Shown: positions 24,552-38,472 of the stretch, piece after piece
Layout: the number at the start of each line of letters is the position of its first letter
Numbering within the stretch: position 1 is the stretch's first letter
From: Eledone cirrhosa
Lineage: Eukaryota
Direction of reading: 5' to 3'
NCBI GenBank assembly: GCA_964016885.1
Contig: OZ024742.1
Span: forward strand, 198,772,001 to 198,836,000
DNA length: 64,000 nucleotides
Translations under genes and position numbers: made by a program
The notes under the pieces: generated by a model
The model's input: the letters and a program-made list of their open reading frames with translations, nothing else
Told to the model about the DNA's origin: nothing
Database searches by the model: none

Positions 24552-24800
24552 CCTGTCACATGATTTGACGTGGGTAAGTGTGGACTGTGTAGAGAAAATG
24601 CAGGCTTAGTATTTTTTTAGAAGTGTCAAAAACCAGGCTCATTGGTTTACTAAATTGTAAGTAATTATTATTTTAGAAGGGGGCGCATGTTCTGTGTGCT
24701 CTTTTTAAAGACAGTGATAGTATAATTTGAAATAGATTTGACTGCTGTTTCTAACGGTTAAAGGGACCGCGTAGTGCACAAATCCCCAAACATCTTAGAC

Positions 24801-25080
24801 CAGTGGTATGAAACATATTCCATTGGCGGGCCACTTTTGAACATTGGAACAACTATTAGGGCCATTAATATTTATTAAGCACTATTCCGAAGATTCACCA
24901 CAACTTCTTCCCATAACATGGAACTGGGAAATTATAACACACATAACCCTATCAGTGAAGTCCTTTAGTATAGGTCAACTAACAGAAAATTGTATTACAG
25001 TTACGAAAAAAATTCTAAATAAATCTACAAGGTAAAAATTAAAAACGGTCATCGCGGACTGCGCCTGTTGCACGCTCCTG
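24801..25080. mobile_element. Buster/Charlie-type hAT MITE
   Basis: CAG...CTG ends and an 8-bp TSD TCTTAGAC/TCGTAGAC with the central TA typical of Buster/Charlie. Confidence 0.6.
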
Positions 25081-25199
25081 TCGTAGACCATCGACCCATC
25101 CCCCCACTCAAGCATGTACAAGACCTGTCGTACAATCATCCACAGAGAGATAGAGAGAGTGGAAGTGAGAAACAGATGTAGAGGAAGAATCGATCCGAA

Positions 25200-25480
25200 T
25201 ACTAGATTGGTGCATTATTTTATCGACCTTAAAATAATGCACCAATCCCGCCGAGGTTAACTTTGTCTTTCATCCTTACGCGGTCGATAAAATAAAGTAC
25301 CAGTAATGTACTGAGTAATTGCTGGCCTTGTGCCAAAAGTAGAATAGAAACAATTATTTTATCGACCTTAAATGGATGAAAAGTAAAGTTGACCTCGGCG
25401 GGATTTGAACTCAGAGAGCCGAAGCGAATACTACCAAGCATTCTATCCGACGTTCTAACGACTCTGCCAATTTGCTGCTC
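25200..25480 (-). mobile_element. Rearranged SINE copies, family 2
   Basis: A minus-strand copy with an oppositely oriented internal fragment (25245-25352). Confidence 0.65.
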
Positions 25481-25789
25481 TGATATAACTATGTATAGTA
25501 CACAATAAAAACTAATTATATCTATGTAAAACAGAAACATGTATAAGCAAGTTGTATTTTATTATTTGATTTTATGTATTTTCATTTCTCATACAAATAC
25601 CAGGTCTCTGTCCCTCAAAAGTTCAATCGACCTCCTGAAAACTCCTAACGACCATTAGGGATCGATATCAAACATTCTGGAGACCCCTGATATAGAGGCT
25701 CCCTTCGTTAGCTCAGTATTATAGATGTGGTCGGTGGTGGAGTCGTCATAGGGGAAGTACAATATATAACTAAGCCTCATTAATTACAA

Positions 25790-26180
25790 TTGGCAGTATC
25801 GGTAGAGGGTCGGACGCCATGCTTTGACGCATTGAGTTACGGTCCTTGCCATTCTGAGTTCAAATCCCGCCGAGGTTAACTTTGCCTTTCATCCTTACGG
25901 GGTCGATAAAATAAAGTACCAGTAATACACTGGTTAATTGCTGGCCTTGTGCCAAAAGTAGAAACAATTAATTCCAATTCATGGGGGCGGTGGATTGGCA
26001 GTATCGGCAGAGGGTCGGACGCCATGCTTTGAAGCATAGAGTCACCTCCCTTTATGATCTGAGTTCAAATCCCGCCGAATGTTAACTTTGCCTTTCATCC
26101 TTACGGGGTCGATAAAATAAAGTACCAGTAATACACTGGGATAATTGCTGGCCTTGTGCCAAAAGTAGAAACAATTAATT
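25790..26180 (+). mobile_element. Two tandem SINE copies, family 2
   Basis: TTGGCAGTATCGG.AGAGGGTCGGACGCCATGCTTTGA...GAGTTCAAATCCCGCCGA...GTAGAAACAATTA occurs at ~25790 and ~25996, with a B-box-like GAGTTCAAATCC. Confidence 0.75.
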
Positions 26181-26455
26181 ACAATTCTAATCTTATATCT
26201 AGTCTCGTCAATTATGACAACTACAAATAGAAGAGATAATACTTTTTATGATGATAACAGGTGATAAAAAGGAAAATATACCGGCCACAACTGTTTTATT
26301 GGAGTTATGTGTGTGTGTCTGTAAATATTAGCGCATCTTAAGTGCTTATGTGCGTATGTACTTATATCAATGTGCGCAAGTATGTAGTTTATATATACTA
26401 TATATATATGTGTGTGTGTGTACACACAGATGCACACACTCAAACACACACACAT

Positions 26456-26497
<42 letters not shown>

Positions 26498-26847
26498 GCA
26501 AAAGGGATATTTAATTTGTTGGTAATTCAATAAATATAAATGTTTATAACTGATTCGAAGCAATCGACAAGTTTTCTGGAGTATAATATTCAATGATATT
26601 AAATAAATGGAAACTATATTTATAAAACGATATTTATTCTATTATATATACTAGCAGAAAAACCACCCTTCGAGTGGTTTTCTGCTAGCATGTGTAGTGT
26701 GTATATTGATATTATACGCAGGTAGATATGATACATTAAATAAAATCGTAATTGACAATATATAATTCATAGAAATTGAACAAAGACTGCGTTACACTGT
26801 CTTATTTAATCAGTAACGTAATCCATGATACATTAAAAAAGACGATA

Positions 26848-28022
26848 TCTAATATATATTTGTGAAATGGGCGGTGGTTGAAATTCAAATGTGCACGGTT
26901 AAATGGTAGTAGAGGTGGTCGGACTGACATGAAAATTTACACACCTATGTAAAAGGTGCCAAGGAAGCAAATAGACAAGGTTTCAAATTTCTAACTTGAA
27001 AAATGTAGTCCCTGGGGCCCCAAAACTATCGCGTTTAGTGAGTTATTTCCCCCTGTTCTAATACTTTTGTCTAATTTACAATTTCATCATCCTTCTACAT
27101 TTAACGATCATACAGTACCGTTTTATGAAATCGATTCTGCAGTACGGTCACTGTTTTCCATAAAAAAAAATAAAACCCTTGACGATACTTGGTTTTAGTG
27201 TCCTAAATTATCATCACCGACATTCAATTATTAGCTCCATCCACTACACGATACGTCACGAAAGTAAATGTTTCGAAAAAATTTTAAACTGTATATCGCA
27301 ACAATATATTGTTTAAAGAATTTTTTTTTCTGTTGTTAAAAATTGTAAATCTGTTTTAAAAAAATGTATTTCGCAGCAATTTTTTTTCTGTTAAAAACTG
27401 TAAATAAATATTCATGTAAAAATGAAGCATAGTGTTTCGGTTAAAAACTTAAAAACTGTAAATAAATATTCATGTAAAAATGAAGCATAGTTTTTCTGTG
27501 AAATATTTATTTTGTTCAAAAAATAAATAAAAAATCTAATTTTCTCTGTTAATATTTTAATAAATATTTATTCTAAAAATTCAATGTTTTTTCATGTAAG
27601 AAAATGAACATGTAAAAATCAAGCCGCAGCAGCAGCTGATGACGTGTCGTGACGTATCGTGTAGTGGGTGGAGCTAATAATTGAATGTCGATGATGATAA
27701 TTTAGGACACTAAAACCAAGTATCGCCAAACCCTTAACATGCGAAGAAGGGACGCGTGTTTTTATTTTAATTCTAATACATGTTAACCATCACTAACAGT
27801 AAGTAGTATTTTTCAAATTGCATATCATCGACATTGCTATTTCGCTGGTAATAAACAACGCTTTTCACGTCGCTCCACTTCTCATTGTACGCCGTCCAGT
27901 CCCAAGTGCATATTTCTATTTTTTTCCTGAAACTGCTTCTTTATAATAAACTTTCAATAATATTTTTCAAATTATTAACTTAATAAAAAGTGGCCCCGGG
28001 TGCAACCGGGCTCAGCTGCTAG
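26848..28022 (+). mobile_element. Non-autonomous Helitron-like element (inner)
   Basis: A|TCTAATATATA 5' end and GC-rich hairpin CCCGG-GTGCAA-CCGGG about 8 nt before CTAG|T. Confidence 0.6.
27181..27727. mobile_element. MITE with ~80-bp TIRs and 8-bp TSD (Merlin-like)
   Basis: TIRs at 27181-27261 and ~27647-27727 (G[A/G]CGATACTTGGTTTTAGTGTCC...). TSD AAACCCTT at 27173-27180 and 27728-27735. The superfamily call rests only on the GG end plus 8-bp TSD. Confidence 0.75.
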
Positions 28023-30035
28023 TTATATATAAACTGCATTAGGAGAAAATTAGTGACAGAAAATTAGTATGTTTATTTAAGCGATGGCCAACCGGAAGTG
28101 TTGACATTTCAGAAATTTTAAAGAAGTGAATCTTTAAATAATCAAAATATATTTAATCAACAACCACGAAATTTAGTAGATAAATTATGTAATATTCATT
28201 CATTATTTATTCAAAGTAATCCAACTTATTTTACTAATGGGATAAAAAAATTATAAACCGTACGCAGTCCCGCGCTCCTTACTTTATTATAGTTTAGATT
28301 TCAAGGGTACCTAAACTTTGGTACGCACTCATCAGATAAAATACAAAGTTTGTTTTATAAATATTGACATATCCAGGAAGAAGTTCTTAACGGTTCAAGT
28401 TTTTTCTGGATAGTAAAAGGAAAGAAAGGAAAGAGAAGGAAAGTCAAATATTTCAAATTATTATGTTGAGTATGCAAATGAGGTTGAGGTATAGGGCTGA
28501 AAAAAAAACGTTATTTTTAGACACTAGGTAGATTTAAATAATTATTAGGATACATGTATGTATGTGTAGGAAGAAGAAAGAGAAAGAAAGAAGAGCTTGT
28601 ATTTACGTTAATTTAAAAAGAATTAACAGTTTGTAGGAATGGTGGAATATGATTCCAGAATTTTAAAAAATTATTTAGCTATATTGTGAGTTATAATATT
28701 ATATATATAATCAATTAGATTATATGAAGAATTATGGTTGTAAGTACATTTTATCTTATTACATTACAACGGGTTGTAAGTATATAAATATCTATATAGA
28801 TTAATAATTGTGCAAGTATAAGTATTATTGGTGATTTTATAGAAATAAACCACAAGTATTAATTGTTTATATTTCTCATATGAGTTACGAAGGATGTTGA
28901 TTTTACATTTTACATAGAAATGTCGTCAAAATGTCAAGATAATGAGATTTTTTATTGAAATGCCGTCGAAATGTCAACACAATGACATTTTTTATAGAAA
29001 TGCTGTCAAAATGTTAACATAATGAGATTTTTGATAGAAATGCCGTCAAAATGTCAACACAATGAGATTTTCAATAGGAATTCCGTCAAAATGTCAACGT
29101 AATGAGATTTTCGATACAAATGCGGCCAAAATCTCAACATAATGATATTTTTTTATAGAAATTCCGTCAAAATCTCAACATAATCAGATTTTTGATAGAT
29201 ATGCCGTCAAAATCTCAATTTAATGACATTTCTGATAGAAATGCAGTCAGAATGTCAACATAGTGAGATTTGGGATAGAAATGCCGTCCAAAAGTCACCA
29301 TAATGAGATTTTCGATAGGAATGCAGGCAAAATGTCAACATAATGACATTTATGATAGAAATGCCGTCAAAATATCAACATAATGATATTTTCGATAGAA
29401 ATGCAGTCAAAATGTCAACATAATGACATATTTGATAAAAATGCCGTCAAAATCGCAACATAATGAGATTTTCGAGAGATATACCGTCAAAATGTAAACA
29501 TAATGACATTTTTGATAGAAAAGCCGTCAAAATGTCAACACAATGACATTTTTTTTATAGAAATGCCGTAAAAATGTCAACATAATGAAATTTTTTTATA
29601 GAAATGCCGTAAAATTGTCAACACAATGACATTTTTTATAGAAATGCTGTCAATATGTCAACATAATGATATTTTAAGATAGAAATACCGTCAAAATGTC
29701 AAGACAATGAGATTTTGGACGGAAATGACGTCAAAATTTCAATATAATGAGATTTGCGACAGAAATACCGTTAAAAGGTCAACATAATGACATTTTTAAT
29801 AGAAATGCCGATAAAATGTCACCATAATGAGATTTCCGATAGAAATGCCGTCAAAATATCAACATAATTATATTTTTTTATAGAAATACCATCGAAATGT
29901 TAACATAATGAGAATTCCGATAGAAATGATGTCAAAATATCAAAATAATCAAATTTTCGATAAAAAATTACGTCAACATGTCAACATAATGAGATTTTCG
30001 ATAGAAATGCGGTCAAAATGTCAACATAATGGCAC

Positions 30036-30105
30036 TTCTCTTTTACTCTTTTACCTGTTTCAGCCATCCGGCTGAGGCCATGCTGGGGCACCGCCCTTGG
30101 TTCCC
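30036..30105. mobile_element. Short SINE family-1 fragment inserted in the satellite
   Basis: TTTTACTCTTTTACCTGTTTCAGCCATCCGGCTGAGGCCATGCTGGGGCACCGCC, homologous to 3337-3385. Confidence 0.7.
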
Positions 30106-31129
30106 GTATAAATGCCATCGAAATGTCAACGTAATGAGATTTTCTATCGAAATGCAGGCAAAATGTCAACATAATGACATTTTTGATAGAAATGCCATCA
30201 AAATGTCAACATAATGACATATTTGATAGAAATGCCGTCAAAGTCGCAACATAATAAGATTTTCGATTGATATGCCGTCAAATTGTCAACATAATGACAT
30301 TGTTGATAGAAATGCCGTAAAAATGTCAACACAATGACATTTTTTATAGAAATGCTGTCAATATGTCAACATAATGACATTTTAAGATAGAAATACCGTC
30401 AAAATGTCAAGACAATAAGATTTTGGACGGAAATGACGTCAAAATTTCAATATAATGAGATTTGCGATAGAAATGCCGTTAAAAGGTCAACATAATGACA
30501 TTTTTAATAGAAATGCCGATAAAATGTCACCATAATGAGATTTTCGATAGAAATGCCGTCAAAATGTCAACATAATTATATTTTTTTATAGAAATACCAT
30601 CGAAATGTTAACATAATGAGAATTCCGATAGAAATGACGTCAAAATATAAAAATAATCAAATTTTCGATAAAAAATTACGTCAACATGTCAACATAATGA
30701 CATTTTTGATAGAAATGCCATCAAAATGTCAACATAATGACATATTTGATAGAAATACCGTCAAAATCTAATCTTAATAAGAATTTCGATAGAAATGTCG
30801 TCAAATTGTCAACATAATGACATTGTTGATAGAAATGTCAACACAATGACATTTTTCATAGAAATACTATCAATATGTCAACAAAATTACATTTTCGATA
30901 GAAATGCCGTCAGAATGTCAACATATTGGCACTTTTCATAGAAATGCCGTCAAAATATCAACATAATGAGATTTTTCATAGAAATGCAATCAAAATGTCG
31001 ACATAATGACATTTTTGATAGATATGCCGTCAAAATGTCAAGATAATGAGATTTTTGATAGATATGCCGTCAAAATGTCAACACAATGATATTTTTTATA
31101 GAAATGCTGTCAATATGTCAACATAATGA

Positions 31130-34100
31130 TATTTTCGATAGAAATGCCGTCAAAATGTCAACACAATGAGATTTTGGACAGAAATGACATCAATGACAAC
31201 ATAATGAGATTTTCTATATAAATGCCGGCAAAATGTCACCATAATGAGATTTTCGATAGATATGCCATCGAAATGTAAACATAATGAGAATTTCGATAGA
31301 AAAGGCTTCAAAATGTCAATATAATCATATTTTCGATACAAATTAAGTCAACAACTGAACATAATGAGATTTTCGATAGAAATGCTGTCAAAATGTCAAC
31401 ATAATAAGATTTTCGATATAAATGCCATCAAAATATCAACATAATGAGATTTTGAATAGAAATGCAGTCAAAATGACAACATTATGAGATTTTCGATACA
31501 AATGCCGTGAAAATGTCAACACAGTGACATTTCCTATAGAAATGCCGTAAAAATGTCAACATACTGAGATTCTTTTATAGAAATGCGGTCTAAATATCAA
31601 CGCAATGACATTTTTTATAGAAATGCCAACGAAATGTCAATATAATGAGAATTTCGATAGAAATGCTGTAAAAATGTCAATATAATGAGATTTTCGATAA
31701 GAATTACTTCAAAATGTCAACATAATGAGATTTTCGATAAAAATGCCGTCAAAATATCACTATAATGAGTTTTTGATAGAGATGCCGTCAAAATGTCAAT
31801 ATAATGATATTTTTGATAGATATGCCGTCAAAATGTCAACATAATGAGATTTTATATAGAAAAGCCAACAAAACGAAAACATAATGAGATTTTAGATAGA
31901 AATCTCGTCAAAATTACAACATAATGACATTTTTTATAGAAATACCGTCAAAATCTCAACATAATCAAATATTTTATAGATATGCAGTCAAAATGTCATA
32001 ACTTTAGAGAAATGCCGTCAAAATATCAATATAATGAGATTTTAGATAGAAATGCCGTCCAAATGTCAATATAATGAGATTTTCGATAAAAATTACGACA
32101 ACATGTCAACATAATGAGATTTTCGATAGAAATGTCAACTTAATGGCACTTTTCCTAGAAATGCCGTCAAAACATCAACATAATGAGATTTTTGATAGAA
32201 ATGCTATCGAAATGTCAACATAATGAGATTTTCTATAGAATTGCAGGCAAAATGTCAACATAATGACATTTTTGATAGAAATGCCGTCAAAATCTCAACA
32301 TTATCAAATGTTTTATAGATATGCCCTCAAAATATTATCATTTTAGATAAATGCCGTCAAAATGTCAATATAATGACATTCTTGATAGAAATGGAGTCAA
32401 AATGTCAACATAATGAGATTTTGGATAGAAATGCCGTCAAAATGTCAACATAATGAGATTTTCGATAGAAGTGTAGGCAAAATATCAACATAATGAGATT
32501 ATCGATAGAAATGCCGTCAAAATGTCAACATAATGGCACTTTTCCTAGAAATGCTGTCAAAATATCAACATAATGAGATTTATGATAAAAATGCCGTCAA
32601 AATGTCAATATAATGAATTTTTGATAGAAATGCCATCAAAATGTCAACGTAATGACATTTTTGATAGATATGCCGCAAAATGTCAACATAATGAGATTTT
32701 ATATAGAAATACCGACAAAACGAAAAGATAATGAGATTTTCGATAGAAATGCCGTCAAAATGTCAACATAATGGCCCTTTTCATAGAAATGCCGTGAAAA
32801 TGTCAAGATAATGAGATTTTTTATAGAAATGCCCTCAAAGTGTCACCATAATGAGATTTTTGATAGAAATTCCCTCAAAATGTCAACTTAGTGACAATTT
32901 TGATAGATATGCAGTCAAAATGTCAACATAATGGCACTTTTCCTAGAAATGCCGTCAAAATATCACCATAATGAGATTTTTGATAGAAATGCTATCGAAA
33001 TGTCAACATGAGATTTTCTATAGAAATGCAGGCAAAATATCAACATAATGACATTTTTTATAGAAATGCCGTCAAAATGTCAACATAATGATATTTTCGA
33101 TGGAATTACCGTCAAAATCTCAACATAATAAGAATTTCGATAGAAATGCCGTCAAAATGTCAACATAATGAGATTTTGGATATAAATGCCGTCAAAATGT
33201 CACCATAATGAGATTTTAGATAGAAATGCCGTCAAAATGTCAACATAATGGCACTTTTAATAGAAATGCCATCAAAATATCAACATAATGAGATTTTTAT
33301 GGAAATGCCTCCAAAATGTCACCATAATGAGATTTTTCATAGAAATACAATCAAAATATCAAGGTAATGAGATTTTTTTTATTGAAATGCTGTCAAAATG
33401 TCAACATAAAGACATTTTTTATAGAAATGCCGTCAAAATATCTACATAATCATATTTTTGATAGATACCCCGTCAACATATAAATAAAATTACATTCTTG
33501 ATAGAAATGGAGTCAAAATGTCCACATAATGAGATTTTTGATAGAAATGCCGTCCTAATGTCAACATAATGAGATTTTCGATAGAAATGCCGTCGAAATG
33601 TCAACATATTAACATTTATAATATAAATGCCGTTAAAATGTCAACATAGTGTCATTTTTGATAGAAATGCCGTCAAAATGTCAACACAATGGGATTTTGG
33701 ACAGAAATGCTTTCAAAATGTCAACATAATGACATTTTTGAAAATAGAAATGCCATCGAAATGTTAACATAATGAGATTTTCGATAGAAATGCCGTCAAA
33801 ATGTCAATACAATCATATTTTCGATAAAAATTACGTCAACATATCAAGATAATAAGATTTTCCATAGAAATGCCGTCAAAATGTCAACATAATGGCACTT
33901 TTCCTAGAAATGCCGTCAACATATGAACATAATGAGATTTTTGATAGAAATGCTATCGAAATATCAACATAAGATTTTCTATAGAAATGCAAGCAAAATA
34001 TCAACATAATGATATTTTTGATAGAAATGCCGTCAAAATGTCAACACAATGAGATTTTGGACAGAAATGACATCAATGACAACATAATGAGATTTTCGAT

Positions 34101-35470
34101 ATAAATGCCGGCAAAATGTCACCATAATGAGATTTTCGATAGATATGCCATCGAAATGTAAACATAATGAGAATTTCGATAGAAAAGGCTTCAAAATGTC
34201 AATATAATCATATTTTCGATACAAATTAAGTCAACATCTCAACATAATGAGATTTTCGATAGAAATGCTGTCAAAATGTCAACATAATAAGATTTTCGAT
34301 ATAAATGCCATCAAAATATCAACATAATGAGATTTTGAATAGAAATGCAGTCAAAATGACAACATTATGAGATTTTCGATACAAATGCCGTGAAAATGTC
34401 AACACAGTGACATTTCCTATAGAAATGCCGTAAAAATGTCAACATACTGAGATTCTTTTATAGAAATGCGGTCTAAATATCAACGCAATGACATTTTTTA
34501 TAGAAATGCCAACGAAATGTCAATATAATGAGAATTTCGATAGAAATGCTGTAAAAATGTCAATATAATGAGATTTTCGATAAGAATTACTTCAAAATGT
34601 CAACATAATGAGATTTTCGATAAAAATGCCGTCAAAATATCACTATAATGAGTTTTTGATAGAGATGCCGTCAAAATGTCAATATAATGATATTTTTGAT
34701 AGATATGCCGTCAAAATGTCAACATAATGAGATTTTATATAGAAAAGCCAACAAAACGAAAACATAATGAGATTTTAGATAGAAATCTCGTCAAAATTAC
34801 AACATAATGACATTTTTTATAGAAATACCGTCAAAATCTCAACATAATCAAATATTTTATAGATATGCAGTCAAAATGTCATAACTTTAGAGAAATGCCG
34901 TCAAAATATCAATATAATGAGATTTTAGATAGAAATGCCGTCCAAATGTCAATATAATGAGATTTTCGATAAAAATTACGACAACATGTCAACATAATGA
35001 GATTTTCGATAGAAATGTCAACTTAATGGCACTTTTCCTAGAAATGCCGTCAAAACATCAACATAATGAGATTTTTGATAGAAATGCTATCGAAATGTCA
35101 ACATAATGAGATTTTCTATAGAATTGCAGGCAAAATGTCAACATAATGACATTTTTGATAGAAATGCCGTCAAAATCTCAACATTATCAAATGTTTTATA
35201 GATATGCTCTCAAAATATTAGCATTTTAGATAAATGCCGTCAAAATGTCAATATAATGACATTCTTGATAGAAATGGAGTCAAAATGTCAACATAATGAG
35301 ATTTTGGATAGAAATGCCGTCAAAATGTCAACATAATGAGATTTTCGATAGAAGTGTAGGCAAAATATCAACATAATGAGATTATCGATAGAAATGCCGT
35401 CAAAATGTCAACATAATGGCACTTTTCCTAGAAATGCTGTCAAAATATCAACATAATGAGATTTATGATA
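31130..35470 (+). repeat. ~1.45-kb duplicated block within the satellite (about 31130-32585 and 34013-35468; offset 2883)
   Basis: Identical variant monomers and identical spurious ORFs at 31150 and 34033. Confidence 0.85.
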
Positions 35471-38400
35471 GAAATGCCGTAAAAATGTCAACATAATGAA
35501 ATTTTCGACAAAAATGCCGTCACTATGTTAACATAATGACATTTTTTATAGAAATGCCTTCAAAATGTCAACATAATGAGATTTTCGATAGAAATGCCGT
35601 CAAAAAGTCAACATAATGAGATTTATGATAGAAATGCAGTCAAAATGTCCACATAATGTGATTTTCGAAAGAAATACCGTCAAAATGTCAACATAAGATT
35701 GTCGATAGAAATACCGTCAAAATGTCAACATATTGAGATATTCGACAAAAATGCCGTCACATTGTCAACATAATGATTTTTTTGATAGAAATGCCCTGAA
35801 AATGTGAACATAATGACATATTTTATAGAAATTCGCTAAAAATGTCAACATAATGAGATTTTCGATAGAAATGCTGTTAAAATGTCAACATAATAACATT
35901 TTTGATAGATATGCAGTCAAAATGTCAACATAATGAGATTTTCGATAGAAATGCCGTTAAAATGTCAACATAATGACATTTATGATAGAAATGCAGTAAA
36001 ATTGTCAACATAATGAGAATTTCGATGGAAATACCGTCAAAATGTCAACGTAAGTTTTTCGATAGAAATGCCGTTAAAATGTCAACATACTGAGATTTTG
36101 GATGGATAGAAATGCCGTTGAAATATCAACATAATGTAATTTTCGATAGAAATGCCGTCAAAATGTCAACATAATGATAATTTCGATAGAAATGGAATCA
36201 AAATGTCAACATAATGAGTTTTTCTTTATAGAAATGCGCTCAAAATATCACCATAATGAGAGTTTTGATAAAAATGCTGAAAAAACGGAAACAAAATGAA
36301 ATTTTCGAGAGAAATGCCCTCAAAATGTCAACATAATGACATATTTGATAGAAATGCCGTCAAAGTTGCAACATAATAAGATTTTTGATAGATATGCCGT
36401 CAAAATGTCAACATAATGATCTTTTTGATAGAAATGCCATCAAAGTGTTAACATAATGACATTTTTATAGAAATGCGGTAAAAATGTCAACATAATGAGA
36501 TTTTCGAGAGAAATGCCGCCAAAATGTCAACATAATGAGGTTTTCGACAAAAATGCCGACACTATGTTAACATAATGACATTTTTTATAGAAATGCCTTC
36601 AAAATGTCAACATAATGAGATTTTCGATAGAAATGCCGTCAAAAAGTCAACATAATGAGATTTATGATAGAAATGCAGTCAAAATGTCCACATAATGAGA
36701 TTTTCGAAAGAAATATCGTCAAAATGTCAACATAGGATTGTCGATAGAAATACCGTCAAAATGTCAACATATGGAGATATTCGACAAAAATGCCGTCACA
36801 TTGTCAACATAATGACATTTTTGGTAGAAATGCCCTCAAAATGTCAAAATAATGACATATTTCATAGAAATTCGCTAAAAATGTCAACATAATGAGATTT
36901 TCGATAGAAATGCTGTTAAAATGTCAACATAATGACATTTATGATAGAAATTCAGTAAAAATGTCAACATAATGAGAATTTCGATGGAAATACCGTCAAA
37001 ATGTCAACATAAGTTTTTCGATAGAAATGCCGTCAAAATGTCAACATACTGAGATTTTGGATGGATAGAAATGCCGTTGAAATGTCAACATAATGTAATT
37101 TTCGATAGAAATGCCCTCAAAATGTCAATATAATGATATTTTTTATAGAAATTCCGTCAAAATGTCAACATAATGATAATTTCGATAGAAATGGAATCGA
37201 AATGTCAACATAATGAGTTTTTTATTTATAGAAATGGGCTCAAAATATCACCATAATGAGAGTTTTGATAAAAATGCCGAAAAAACGGAAACAAAATGAA
37301 ATTTTCGGGAGAAATGCCGTGAAAATGTCAATATAATATGATATTCGATAGAAATGGAGTCAAAATATCAACATAATGACATTTTTTATAGAAATGCCGT
37401 CAAAATGTCAAAATAATGAGATCTATGATCGAAATGGCTTCAAAACGTCAACATAATGATATTTTTCTTAGAAATGCCGTAAAAATGTCAACATAATGAG
37501 ATTTTCGATAGAAATGCCGTCAAAATGTCAATATAATGAGATTATCGATAATAATTACATCAAAATGTTAACATAAAGAGATTTTCGATAGAAACGCCGT
37601 CAAAATGTCAACATAATGAGATTTTCGATCGAAATGCAGTCACAATGTCAACATGAGATTTTCGATAGAAATGACGTCAAAATGTCAACATAATGACTTT
37701 TTTTCATAGAAATGCCGTCAAAATCTCATCATAATGAGATTTTTGATAGAAATGCCGTCAAAATGTCAACATAATGACATTTGTTATAGAAATGCTCTCA
37801 AAATGTCAACATACTGACATTTTTGAAAGAAATGCCGTCAAAATGTCAACATAGTGAGAGTTATAATAGAAATGCCGACAAAACGTCAACATAATGAGAT
37901 TTTCGGTAGAAATGCCGTCAAAATGTCAACATAATGACATTTCGATTTCGATAGAAATGCCGTCGAAATGTCAACATAATGAGTTTATTATAGAAATGCC
38001 ATCGAAATGTTAACCTAATGAGTTTTTCTATAGAAATGCAGGCAAAATCTCAACAATGATAATTCTGATAGAAATGCCGTCAAAATGTCAAAATATTGAG
38101 ATCTATGATAGAAATGCCTTCAAAACGTCAACATGATGAAATTTTTTATAGAAATGCCCTCAAAATATCAACATAATGATATTTTTTATAGAAATACCGT
38201 CAAAAAGTCAACATAATGACATTTATGATAGAAATGCAGTCAAAATGTCAACATAATGAGATTTTAGAAAGAAATACCGTCAAAATGTTAACATAAGATT
38301 TTCGATAGAAATGCCGTCAAAATGTCAACATACTGAGATTTTGGATAGAAATGCCGTCAAAATGTCAACATAATGAGATTTTCGAAAAAAATGCCGTCGT

Positions 38401-38472
38401 AATGTCAACATAATGACATTTTTGATAGAAATGCCCTCAAAATGTCAACATAATGACATATTTGATAGAAAT

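Larger units (their letters stand above)
26651..28298 (-). mobile_element. Non-autonomous Helitron-like element (outer)
   Basis: On the minus strand: A|TCTAAACTATAATAAAG 5' end, subterminal palindrome CTAGCAGAAAAACCAC...GTGGTTTTCTGCTAG and CTAG|T 3' end. No TSD. Confidence 0.55.
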
